This document shows positions 38,214 to 46,445 of a stretch of DNA of 64,000 bases, piece by piece; within the stretch, counting starts at the first letter, position 1; every line of letters begins with the position of its first letter. Below the pieces are notes generated by a model. That model worked only from the letters and a program-made list of their open reading frames with translations. It was not told where the DNA came from and did no database searches. A program made the position numbers and the translations under genes. The stretch lies in NCBI GenBank assembly GCA_040876345.1, contig JBBDPM010000006.1, positions 392,547 through 456,546 of the forward strand. Reading direction: 5' to 3'. This DNA comes from Candidatus Woykebacteria bacterium. Lineage in GTDB: Bacteria > Patescibacteriota > Microgenomatia > Woykebacterales > RBG-16-39-9b.

Positions 38214-38272
38214 TAGCTTTCTACCGGGAGAGCCAATCATTTTTAGCCTCAATTTCAATGTCAAAAATGCCT
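38214..38272 (+). repeat. cassette-boundary repeat element copy A (tRNA-Asn 3'-end-like CTACCGGGAGAGCCAAT + TTTTAGCCTCA module)
   Basis: 14/17 identity to tRNA-Asn 3' end CTACCCGGGGAGCCAAT; shares TTTTAGCCTCAA with copies B,C. Confidence 0.6.
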
Positions 38273-38304
38273 ACTATTATTTTTGAAGTTTTCCTATAAA
38301 ATCT

Positions 38305-38613
38305 TTGTTAAGTAAAAAATTTGTAGAGGAGGTGATTTTCTTGCCAATAGGCACATTTCTAGATTCTTTTCCAACAATGCTATTTGTCAGTGTTCACATA
38401 GCACTTCTTTTGGTAGGGGTGTGGGCAGTTAAAAAAGCTATGGATATGAAGCTACCGTTTGCTCAAGCTTTCTGGCTGTATCCGTTAGTGCACGTTGGAT
38501 TCCTTTCCTACTTTGGAGGAATTTTCACGTTTAAAATGGCAGTTTTTTTGGAGCAAGTCCTTGTGGTTATTATGGTAGTTTGGATTGTAACAAAAGCTCA
38601 AAAAGCTGGCTAG
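38305..38613 (+). CDS. small membrane protein (3 TM)
   Basis: 102 aa hydrophobic ORF followed by terminator. Confidence 0.45.
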   Translation: MLSKKFVEEVIFLPIGTFLDSFPTMLFVSVHIALLLVGVWAVKKAMDMKLPFAQAFWLYPLVHVGFLSYFGGIFTFKMAVFLEQVLVVIMVVWIVTKAQKAG

Positions 38614-38627
38614 CTTTGGTGGCTAGA

Positions 38628-38659
38628 AAAACGACTCAGAAATGGGTCGTTTTTCTTTG
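38628..38659 (+). terminator. Rho-independent terminator
   Basis: AAAACGAC-loop-GTCGTTTTTCTTTGG; same GGGTCGTTTTTCTTTGG tail as terminator at 49148..49186. Confidence 0.6.
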
Positions 38660-38676
38660 GTCAAAAAACCTTGGTA

Positions 38677-38772
38677 GTAAGTTCCAACATAGTTTACTAG
38701 TCCGAGCCAATAGTACAAACCCCAATAACTAACAATTTACATTGTCATCACAATACTTTTTAAGTTCCAACG
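38677..38772 (+). repeat. degenerate repeat element copy (GAGCCAATAG...CCCCAATAAC core flanked by direct TAAGTTCCAAC repeats)
   Basis: TAAGTTCCAAC at 38677 and 38760 flank GTCCGAGCCAATAGTACAAACCCCAATAACTAACAA. Confidence 0.45.
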
Positions 38773-38811
38773 ATCTTTTTATTACCCACACTTTTTGTTA
38801 GAATAGTTTCT

Positions 38812-39192
38812 ATGTCAGCCTTTGAAGCTTGGGAAGACCCGCAAACAAAAACAAAATTCTATTTCAGTCATTCAGACAAGAATTTTACAACTGGTGTGAT
38901 GGTTCTACCGCCACACTCCGAGTTACCAAAACACAACAGACCTTTAGCCTATGAAAATCTAGTACAAGTTTCTGGAAAATGTGTGATGAAAGTCTTTGAT
39001 AAGAATGGCCAAATGAACGAACACACTCTAGAAGTAAGTAGTTCTTTAAGTATGGATAAAGGTCAATTTCATATCCACGCTAATCCTTTTGAGGAAATTT
39101 CCTACACTCTTTTCAAAGCAGAGGGGGATATCACCTCTATAGTTGAAACAATACGCAATTCCTTTAAGAAGATTGAACTAACTGAAAGCTAA
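38812..39192 (+). CDS. cupin-like hypothetical protein
   Basis: 126 aa; PPHSELPKH...E and GQFHIHANPFEE resemble the two cupin metal motifs. Confidence 0.4.
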   Translation: MSAFEAWEDPQTKTKFYFSHSDKNFTTGVMVLPPHSELPKHNRPLAYENLVQVSGKCVMKVFDKNGQMNEHTLEVSSSLSMDKGQFHIHANPFEEISYTLFKAEGDITSIVETIRNSFKKIELTES

Positions 39193-39259
39193 TATTCTCT
39201 TGGCAAAAAGTTCTAACCGCACCTATAAACTGGTGTCAAATTAGCTAGATGAGAAAAAT

Positions 39260-39523
39260 ATGAAGAAATACACCTTTGAATTTGTCAGTTACTCAAAACC
39301 CAAAAATAATGATAAAGATTTTGATACATACGAAAGTGTTGTAAACTCGGAGTTTAAAAATCTAAATGTCGTAGTATTTCAAGAGAACTATTCTTCTGCT
39401 GAGGATAAAGCAAAAAACCAGGTAGGCGAAGTGATAGACAAAATATACAAGAAGTATAGGGTTCAGGGAGACTATATCCATTTAAAGTTAAAACTAATAG
39501 AAGAGTTACAAAATGATTCTTGA
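39260..39523 (+). CDS. hypothetical small protein
   Basis: 87-aa ORF in cassette-like array, no motif. Confidence 0.35.
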   Translation: MKKYTFEFVSYSKPKNNDKDFDTYESVVNSEFKNLNVVVFQENYSSAEDKAKNQVGEVIDKIYKKYRVQGDYIHLKLKLIEELQNDS

Positions 39524-39566
39524 GCTGCGGTAGTAGTTCCCAACATAATCGACCAGAGCGAGACAC

Positions 39567-39628
39567 GATTTTTAGCCTCAAAATACCCTATCAAAATGCA
39601 TCAGCCCCAACAGGATTCGAACTTCTGA
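39567..39628 (+). repeat. repeat element copy B (module 2: TTTTAGCCTCAAAATACCCTATCAAAATGCATCAGCCCCAACAGGATTCGAACTT)
   Basis: ~80% identity to copy C module 2. Confidence 0.65.
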
Positions 39629-39642
39629 TATAATTAATTTGC

Positions 39643-40137
39643 ATGAAAGTTAAAATATTTGTAACGGGTGGGACATTTGATAAAGAGTACAACGATAAGG
39701 ATGGACAACTCTTCTTTAAATATACCCATCTTCCCGAAATACTTGAGCTGGGACGTTCACGTGTCGTTGTTGATGTAGAAACCTTGATGATGATTGACAG
39801 TCTGGAAATGACAGACGAAGGTAGAGAAAAAATCGCCAAAAATTGCCTTGATATAAATGAAAACAAGATTATCCTTACTCACGGGACTGATACTATGGTA
39901 GAAACTGCCAAAGTGCTTGCTAAAAGAATAAAAAATAAGACTATTGTCCTTACAGGTGCTATGGTTCCTTTTGTATTTAGAAGTTCTGATGGATTATTTA
40001 ATTTAGGAGCAGCCTTGGCTTTTGTCCAAGCTCTTCCTACAGGTGTTTACATTGCTATGAATGGGAGATATTTTAATTGGGACAATGCTAGGAAGAATAA
40101 GGAGACGGGAGAGTTTGAACCAGTACCACAGGACTAG
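39643..40137 (+). CDS. L-asparaginase/glutaminase family protein, short (N-domain only)
   Basis: IFVTGGTFD and ILTHGTDTM asparaginase active-site motifs; 164 aa; 3' end of ORF contains a repeat-module copy (CAGGACTAGAACTCTAGCTTCAA). Confidence 0.65.
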   Translation: MKVKIFVTGGTFDKEYNDKDGQLFFKYTHLPEILELGRSRVVVDVETLMMIDSLEMTDEGREKIAKNCLDINENKIILTHGTDTMVETAKVLAKRIKNKTIVLTGAMVPFVFRSSDGLFNLGAALAFVQALPTGVYIAMNGRYFNWDNARKNKETGEFEPVPQD

Positions 40138-40237
40138 AACTCTAGCTTCAACTTTTTTGCAAGTTAATTTCTCGTACTGTTTTGTTGTAACAACTCAACT
40201 AAATTTAAAGTATTTGTGAATAACGATCCCAATTATA

Positions 40238-40345
40238 AGTTCTAAGTGCGTCGAGTAGCGGGAGCCAGATATTTTAGCCTCAGAGTACTCCTATCAAACT
40301 AGTTCAACCCCAACAGGACTAGAACTTTTAGCTTCAAAGAGCCTT
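40238..40345 (+). repeat. repeat element copy C (most complete: modules 1+2 with 8-nt terminal inverted repeat AAGTTCTA...TAGAACTT)
   Basis: AAGTTCTAAGTGCGTCGAGTAGCGGGAGCCAGATATTTTAGCCTCAGAGTACTCCTATCAAACTAGTTCAACCCCAACAGGACTAGAACTT. Confidence 0.7.
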
Positions 40346-40384
40346 TCTTTATGAGATAATGATTAGCGTGAAGGAATACCAAAG

Positions 40385-41194
40385 ATGGATATTTTTACGG
40401 CTCAGCTTATAACGGCATTTTTAATTGGAGGAGTACTTGTCTCTTCACTTTCACTATTAGCAGAAAAAGCTCCTTCTAAAACTGCAGGGTTAATATTATC
40501 ACTACCATCAACTTCAGTAGTCAGTTTTTTCTTTATAGGATTAGTTACTTCAAAGGGCCAGATTTATGAGGCTGCGTTGGGGGCATTTCCAGCATTGGGA
40601 GCGTCTCTAATTTTTGCAGTTGTGTACATTTATGTTGCAAATTTATTCAAACAGAAAAACCTGAGTCTTACTGTAAGCCTTATTGGCGGTTTTGTAGTTT
40701 GGTTTTTTCTAGCAATTCTGATTGTTTCATTTGAACCTTTAAATTTACCTTATTCTTTAGGAATATATACCTTCCTTGCCGTAGTTTCCCACTATTTCTT
40801 ATTTATCAGAACTAAGGATAAAACAGACGGATTAGTTGCCAATGTACCACTTGACGCTAATTCACTCATCGTTCGTTCGGCCTTTGCAGGAGCAGTTGTA
40901 GCTACAGTGGTCCTGATGTCAAAGGTAGCTGGCCCTTTTTGGGGTGGTGTTTTTAGTGTTTTCCCTGCGGCTTATGCTTCTAACCTGATCGCCTTTCATA
41001 ACAAGCTTGGTGCGGATTCGCTGTTCCGCTTTTCAAAAGTACTTCCGATAGGTTCGCCCTCCTTTGTTTTGTATGCTTCTGCAGCCGCTTTTACCTTCCC
41101 GTTAATTGGGCTCATTTGGGGGACAATTGTTTCTTATATTGTGTCCGCTATGTTCGTTTATATAGTTTGGAAAATAAGTTTTCAAAATCGCTAG
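40385..41194 (+). CDS. polytopic membrane protein (~8 TM)
   Basis: 269-aa hydrophobic ORF. Confidence 0.5.
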   Translation: MDIFTAQLITAFLIGGVLVSSLSLLAEKAPSKTAGLILSLPSTSVVSFFFIGLVTSKGQIYEAALGAFPALGASLIFAVVYIYVANLFKQKNLSLTVSLIGGFVVWFFLAILIVSFEPLNLPYSLGIYTFLAVVSHYFLFIRTKDKTDGLVANVPLDANSLIVRSAFAGAVVATVVLMSKVAGPFWGGVFSVFPAAYASNLIAFHNKLGADSLFRFSKVLPIGSPSFVLYASAAAFTFPLIGLIWGTIVSYIVSAMFVYIVWKISFQNR

Positions 41195-41246
41195 GCAGTA
41201 TTGTTAGTGGTGAACACAGATGAGAGTTGATAATTACTCCAATCAA

Positions 41247-41310
41247 AAATTCTAAGTACGTGGCGTAGTGGGAGCCAATATTCAAAGATAAAACCCCTAC
41301 TTCAGTTTTT
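41247..41310 (+). repeat. repeat element copy D (module 1: TTCTAAGTACGTGGCGTAGTGGGAGCCAATATT)
   Basis: close match to module 1 of copy C. Confidence 0.6.
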
Positions 41311-41316
41311 AGTTTA

Positions 41317-41640
41317 TTGGAGATACAATTATCTTGTATGGCTGGAAATAACAATTACTGGGCTTACTGGGATTTTGCATTTCCTATTAGATTAGGAAAT
41401 AAAAATATGTTGTCTAAAAGAATCGTAGTATTTTTGCTTTTACAGTACTCAACTGTTTTTTTATACTTGATAATACTTTTTAGTTTTTTTGAGAGTAATA
41501 TTAATACCACAGGTGGTCGTGGATTATTTGCTCCAGGAAAAGCTCCGGCTACTACAGGTGATTTTCTAGCTTTTGCTGGTTATTTAACTATAGCCTGGGT
41601 TTTTTGGTATATTTACGACAAAAAATATCAGCGTCAATAA
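41317..41640 (+). CDS. small membrane protein
   Basis: 107 aa, two hydrophobic helices. Confidence 0.35.
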   Translation: MEIQLSCMAGNNNYWAYWDFAFPIRLGNKNMLSKRIVVFLLLQYSTVFLYLIILFSFFESNINTTGGRGLFAPGKAPATTGDFLAFAGYLTIAWVFWYIYDKKYQRQ

Positions 41641-41647
41641 CAAGTCT

Positions 41648-41726
41648 AAAAAGTTCCCACATACTACACCAAAGCGGGCCAGCTACTACTTAATGCAAAT
41701 TTTCCCCAACCTGCACCGAATCTTCC
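41648..41726 (+). repeat. repeat element copy E (AAGTTCCCACATACTACACCAAAGCGGGCCAGC ... CCCCAACCTGCACCGAATCTTCC)
   Basis: degenerate modules 1 and 2 upstream of brnT. Confidence 0.5.
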
Positions 41727-41766
41727 ATTGACAATACCAACTTAATTGTATATTATTGTCATATAC

Positions 41767-42075
41767 ATGGGGCTTGACGATATAGGTGGTTTTGATTGGG
41801 ATGAGGGAAACATTTTAAAGAACTGGGAGAAACACAAGGTAAAGCATACAGAAGCGGAAGAAGTTTTTGAAAACAAACCAAGGTTTGTTTTTCCAGACAC
41901 TCAACATTCTAAGGTAGAGTTAAGATACGGTATATTAGGAGTAACCAACGAGAAAAGATTACTTTCAGTTACCTTTATGTTGAGAAGCAATCGGACAAGA
42001 GTGGTAAGTGCTCGGGATATGAGCAAAAGAGAAAGGAAATTTTATGAAAAAATTAAAGCAGCTACCAAAATTTAA
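41767..42075 (+). CDS. brnT: BrnT-family ribonuclease toxin (DUF497)
   Basis: FDWDEGNILKNWEKHKVKHTEAEEVF matches BrnT signature; start taken at MGLDD. Confidence 0.75.
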   Translation: MGLDDIGGFDWDEGNILKNWEKHKVKHTEAEEVFENKPRFVFPDTQHSKVELRYGILGVTNEKRLLSVTFMLRSNRTRVVSARDMSKRERKFYEKIKAATKI

Positions 42076-42325
42076 AAACGAAGATGGGGAGCGTGATTTT
42101 TGGGCAAAGCACGATTTTATTGATTACTTCGATGTCGACAAGGTGATCGTTAATCCTTCCTTCCCAAATTTAAAGCCTTCAACTCAAACCATCTCAATCC
42201 GTCTAACTCAGTCGTTACTAAATGCCCTTAAAGAGCTCGCAAACAAAAAAGATGTTCCCTATCAATCCCTAATGAAGATGTATTTGTCGGAAAAGGTTGA
42301 GGAGGAGTTGCAATCTGTAAAGTAA
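42044..42325 (+). CDS. brnA: BrnA-type antitoxin
   Basis: overlaps brnT 3' end; ISIRLTQSLLNALKELANKKDVPYQSLMKMYL resembles BrnA/DUF4415 C-domain. Confidence 0.65.
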   Translation: MKKLKQLPKFKNEDGERDFWAKHDFIDYFDVDKVIVNPSFPNLKPSTQTISIRLTQSLLNALKELANKKDVPYQSLMKMYLSEKVEEELQSVK

Positions 42326-42383
42326 GTTTCAACTCTTGAAGCTACCCGAAAAGCTAGTTTTTTGTTTTGCTATAATCAATGGC

Positions 42384-43115
42384 ATGAAAGTGGCCATAAT
42401 AACTGGTGCTAGTAGTGGCATCGGCAAGGTAGCTGCAGAGCGGCTCTTGAAAAATGGCTGGAGAATATACGGCTTATCACGCACTGAACCGAACATTAAA
42501 AATGGTAACTTTGTGTGGCTCGCCTGTGACCTAGCAAAGCCTGATACCATCGCAAAAACATTAGAGAAGATCGCTGAGCCCAGAGTCGACTTACTCGTCA
42601 GTAATGCTGGCGTAGCCTTTGAACAGCCACCGACGGGAGCCACACAAGAATCCTATGAAAAGATGTTTTCTGTTAATGTTTTAGCCCCGATGCTGCTAAC
42701 TGCTATGTTGAAAGATAAGATCGCCCACTCTACTATCATTAGTATTTCATCAGTTTCCGACCGTCTTATTGAGAAAGATTACGCACTTTATTGTAGTTCC
42801 AAGGCCGCGAATACTCGTTTTTTTGAAGCTCTAGCAGATAATTTAGTGGGCGCTAAAGTCTACACTTTGCTACCTGATTACGTTGATACCCCAATGTTAA
42901 GAGAACTTGAGGAAGGCCGTAACTTCAATTGGTCGCAAGCATTGAGTGTAGAAGATCTTGTAAAGTTAGTGGTTGATCTCGCATTAGGGAAATTTGATTT
43001 GGCGTCAGGTTCAAATATAATTGTCGTGAATAACGCACTCAAAGAGGATCTTGCAAGTCGAGAAAAACTCTATGGTTTTAATACTGATACAGGCGAATTA
43101 GTTAAGTTGCAATGA
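42384..43115 (+). CDS. short-chain dehydrogenase/reductase (SDR)
   Basis: TGASSGIG cofactor motif, YCSSKAA (YxxxK) catalytic motif. Confidence 0.8.
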   Translation: MKVAIITGASSGIGKVAAERLLKNGWRIYGLSRTEPNIKNGNFVWLACDLAKPDTIAKTLEKIAEPRVDLLVSNAGVAFEQPPTGATQESYEKMFSVNVLAPMLLTAMLKDKIAHSTIISISSVSDRLIEKDYALYCSSKAANTRFFEALADNLVGAKVYTLLPDYVDTPMLRELEEGRNFNWSQALSVEDLVKLVVDLALGKFDLASGSNIIVVNNALKEDLASREKLYGFNTDTGELVKLQ

Positions 43116-43166
43116 AGTTCTAATTTCAGTCACTAGTAGGATCCATTGAATTTAGCCTCGTTTTTT
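43114..43166 (+). repeat. repeat element copy F (GAAGTTCTAATTTCAG ... TTTAGCCTCG)
   Basis: shares AAGTTCTAA start and TTTAGCCTC module. Confidence 0.45.
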
Positions 43167-43376
43167 CATATCCCCAGGTAGGACGTTCGAGACTTTATTT
43201 GCATTCAATTTGGCCACGAGTTCTTCTACAATCTTTGCAGAAATAATGTTTTCATTCTTTTCAAAATCCAAGGTTTGTTTTGAGTAGCGACTTTCCGCTC
43301 TTGGTGTTAAATTAACTGCTGTCTCAGAGGTAAATACGTACGGGTAGGCGCTTTTATTGCCACTGCTCCAGAGCAT
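43152..43376 (-). pseudogene. DinJ/RelB-like antitoxin fragment (C-terminal half only)
   Basis: RYSKQTLDFEKNENIISAKIVEELVAKLNANK aligns with C-terminus of intact DinJ-like gene at 49436..49726; N-terminal RHH part missing, no toxin partner. Confidence 0.5.
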
Positions 43377-43418
43377 GTGGAGCGGGTGTTAGAAGGGCTT
43401 TGATTGAATACACAAGTG

Positions 43419-43830
43419 ATAATATAAGTTATTTTATCGATAAAATCTCCCTATTTCACCTTGTTTTTGAAACCATTCATCCGTTCAATGATGGGAACGG
43501 TAGAATCGGCCGAATATTAATTATCAATTATACAAATTAGGATTTCCGGGAATAATTATTCGTGATAAAGAGAAGCAAGTCTACTAACGTTCTTTCAAAG
43601 AATATCGTGATGATAGAAACACTAAAACAATTGAAAGAATAATATTGCTGGCAATAATGGAAAGCTTGCATAAAAGGACCGCGTATCTTAAAGGAATAAA
43701 AATTATTAGGGCTTCTGAGTTTGCAATACAGAAAAACAAGCCCCTTCCGGTAATTCTTAATGCAGCAAGGCGCCAAACAATCCCCGCTTTCAGAGAAAAA
43801 GGTGTGTGGAAAATTGGAATAGATGCGTAA
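43419..43830 (+). pseudogene. Fic/Doc-family protein pseudogene (N-truncated, frameshifted)
   Basis: [23 protein letters not shown] (Fic motif HPFxDGNGR) then stop; downstream [16 protein letters not shown] continues in another frame. Confidence 0.6.
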
Positions 43831-43924
43831 TTTACATTTTTCGCCGATCTATCAATATTTCCAGCTTAATCTATAACACTAGCCCAATGATTTTTTTTAC
43901 TCCTTAACTTATTTTCCTAACCTT

Positions 43925-44806
43925 TTAACTTTTCAATTCACGAAGATTGATTGGTGTCCAAATCTCACCAAATATCCCACTGGCTAGCAGCTGATCAAGA
44001 GTTGTAAGAGCAAAAGTAAAATGAGTCTTAAAAAAAGTCTTTTCTAGAGCCTTTTTAATAAACTTTGTTAGGAAGAGCCGAGTTTGATCATTGGCGCAGA
44101 TAAATAGCGCCACCGGATTAGTTCCCGGTTGCTGGTCTGTATCTGAGTCTGAGTACTTAAGGTACTGTCGGACTCTATAGCGAAGATAGTACCTGGGGAC
44201 TCCTTGCTCCATTAGTTCAAGGAAGTAGCGCCGCTCTTTCCTAGATTTGAAACGGCTTCTTTGCCCTTCCTCAAAAGTCTCTCCAAGGCTCTCTTGCGTC
44301 TTTTCTTTTTTGATTATCTCTGAAGGCGCTCGGTTGAGAGAAAAGAGAGCATCGGGATAGGGTTCAATCATGTCCTCAACCTCAGAGAGGTCTACCTTGG
44401 TGTGGAAATAGTTAAGGGCATTTAGGTCCTTTGTCCTTTGCAAAAGCTCAATGTATAGATTAGCAAGAGATAAACAATGATTTCTAAATTTATCTGATCG
44501 ATACTTTTCTCGGTACAGTTTGTGGACGATATCAGAATTCCCTTTTCTTTTTAAGAGCCGGACTCCAGTGGGGGCAGCAAAATAGACTGCCGGTTGAATG
44601 TTTAAAGGTATCTTCCTCTCGTAAATCCTCACCAGATAACCCTTACTAACCAAGTCTCTTAACCAAGCATTGATTCTTTTGTAATCTTTGTGCTCCAGGA
44701 GTGTTTGAACCTGAATTCTATCTAGAAATCTAAACTTATAAATAAACATCATGACTTCTTGTTGTTTGCTAGTTATGTAGGGAAGATCCGCAGACCAGTT
44801 TTTCAT
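43925..44806 (-). CDS. replication-relaxation family protein (plasmid/ICE-type wHTH)
   Basis: ITSKQQEVMMFIYKFRFLDRIQVQTLL...INAWLRDLVSKGYLVRI matches Replic_Relax N-terminal wHTH pattern. Confidence 0.55.
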   Translation of the reverse strand: MKNWSADLPYITSKQQEVMMFIYKFRFLDRIQVQTLLEHKDYKRINAWLRDLVSKGYLVRIYERKIPLNIQPAVYFAAPTGVRLLKRKGNSDIVHKLYREKYRSDKFRNHCLSLANLYIELLQRTKDLNALNYFHTKVDLSEVEDMIEPYPDALFSLNRAPSEIIKKEKTQESLGETFEEGQRSRFKSRKERRYFLELMEQGVPRYYLRYRVRQYLKYSDSDTDQQPGTNPVALFICANDQTRLFLTKFIKKALEKTFFKTHFTFALTTLDQLLASGIFGEIWTPINLRELKS

Positions 44807-44946
44807 AGGTAAGGGCAGGTAATTTGGCAGAAGATTCCTTGAGTAGTGGGTAGAATAAAGAAATATTATTTTACTCCCTTTAGTATACTAAAGGAAAGAG
44901 GGAACAACCCCTATAAAATTCGACGCGTATAGTAGGCGCAGAAATT

Positions 44947-44978
44947 GTGGCCACTACTGCCCTAGATGGTGGCCACTA
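44947..44978 (+). promoter_or_regulatory. direct repeat GTGGCCACTA x2 (22-nt spacing) upstream of replication-relaxation gene
   Basis: GTGGCCACTActgccctagatgGTGGCCACTA; each contains TGGCCA palindrome. Confidence 0.4.
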
Positions 44979-45132
44979 AATGTGATTCTAATAAAACGCT
45001 AATTTTTTTCATTTTTAGAACCAACCCAAATTTAATCTGGTTTTATATTAATCAAGCGTTCCCAACTTCACTCGCCCATATTTAAATTTGAGTTGAAATT
45101 GAAGCTATAGGTACTATATAATCCGCTTTGTT

Positions 45133-46395
45133 ATGAACACGCTTCTTCGTTGGCCGTTTCCGGCAATTTTCTTTATACTAGCCCTGATAGTTGTTTTTTG
45201 GCTTAACAAGACGCCGCCATCTGTGTCGGTGCAAAGTGGGCCGAGCCAAAAAATGACCGAGGAGCAGGCTGAAACTTTTGTCGAAAATGAAATGCTAAAA
45301 TGCTCAAAGCAGTTTAACCCTGCTGGCTGCACCGAGCAAGCTTCAAAACTTTTTTTGTCCCAAATGAGCTATGACCAATTATTAAAGGCTCTTAAAACTG
45401 CGACAAAAACCCCTTCCGTTTATGAAATTTGTCACCCACTAGTCCATTTTATCGGTCGGTCTAGCTACACATTAGAACATGACATGGATAAACTTTTCGC
45501 TGCTGACAGATCAGTTTGTGATTCTGGCTTTTACCACGGGGTAATTGAGCAAAACCTAGAAGAGAAGGGCACTATTGTTTTCCAAGACAACCAGGTGAAA
45601 TCTTTTGAGGGCGTTAAGGATTTATGCGGGAAAATAGAAGACTACTCTATTCCACTTCGATACAGTAGTTGTGTTCATGGCCTTGGCCATGGTTTGATGT
45701 ACGTGACCGATAATGACCTGATGATTTCTCTGAAAGGTTGCGACACAACACCTGGTCCTGGTACTTGTTATGGCGGGGTGTTTATGGAAAACGGTGGCTC
45801 GGCTACAAACCCCTATCACTATTCAAAGTATCTTCGAGCTGACGACCTACTTTATCCATGTAATAGCCTCGAAGAAAAATATCTAGTCGCCTGTTATCGA
45901 TACCAAAGCCTTTATTATGCCCGGCTTACCAGTCGAGATTGGCCAAAAACCCTAGATTTGTGCTTAAAAGTGCCCAAGGAATATCAAGGAACCTGTATTC
46001 AGTTTGTAGGTAGTAACCTGATTAATTATTCTGAAGATATAAATCTGATGAAAAGTGTCTATGCAAAAGTTCCCGAGGCTTACCAAGGGTATTTTATAAC
46101 CGGCCTTGTCTCTGGTCTAGGAGAGGATAATGTGGGGGTGCCTAGCAAAATGAAAGCAGTTTGTGATTTTGTTAGTGGTTCGAGCTTAGAGACCAGTTGT
46201 TATAAAGACATAGGAGTTGCCATAAGAAGGTGGTCGTTTGACCTGCAAGAGAGGCAACACTTTTGTGAAGAAGCTCTTGCAAGATCTGCCTTTGAAAACT
46301 GTGCTTATGCTAGCATACCCAACTTTGATCCCTTCTTTTATCGAGTATTCTCGGGGATAAAAGAGCTAACAAACTTCAGATTAGATTATTACTAG
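45133..46395 (+). CDS. Cys-rich secreted/membrane-anchored hypothetical protein
   Basis: 420 aa, N-terminal TM anchor, ~24 Cys. Confidence 0.45.
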   Translation: MNTLLRWPFPAIFFILALIVVFWLNKTPPSVSVQSGPSQKMTEEQAETFVENEMLKCSKQFNPAGCTEQASKLFLSQMSYDQLLKALKTATKTPSVYEICHPLVHFIGRSSYTLEHDMDKLFAADRSVCDSGFYHGVIEQNLEEKGTIVFQDNQVKSFEGVKDLCGKIEDYSIPLRYSSCVHGLGHGLMYVTDNDLMISLKGCDTTPGPGTCYGGVFMENGGSATNPYHYSKYLRADDLLYPCNSLEEKYLVACYRYQSLYYARLTSRDWPKTLDLCLKVPKEYQGTCIQFVGSNLINYSEDINLMKSVYAKVPEAYQGYFITGLVSGLGEDNVGVPSKMKAVCDFVSGSSLETSCYKDIGVAIRRWSFDLQERQHFCEEALARSAFENCAYASIPNFDPFFYRVFSGIKELTNFRLDYY

Positions 46396-46445
46396 TGAGA
46401 CCTTTTGAGGCTCTTTTTCTTTTAAATGTGTAGTATACTTACTTC

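Noticed and set aside
38214-41730. Canonical integron attC sites
   Set aside because: The repeat ends (AAGTTCTA / TAGAACTT) do not match the R''/R' consensus RYYYAAC / GTTRRRY, and no intI is present. I therefore describe it as integron-like, not as an integron.
43537-43776. 79-aa minus-strand ORF
   Set aside because: It is antisense to the Fic pseudogene and is AT-rich low-complexity.
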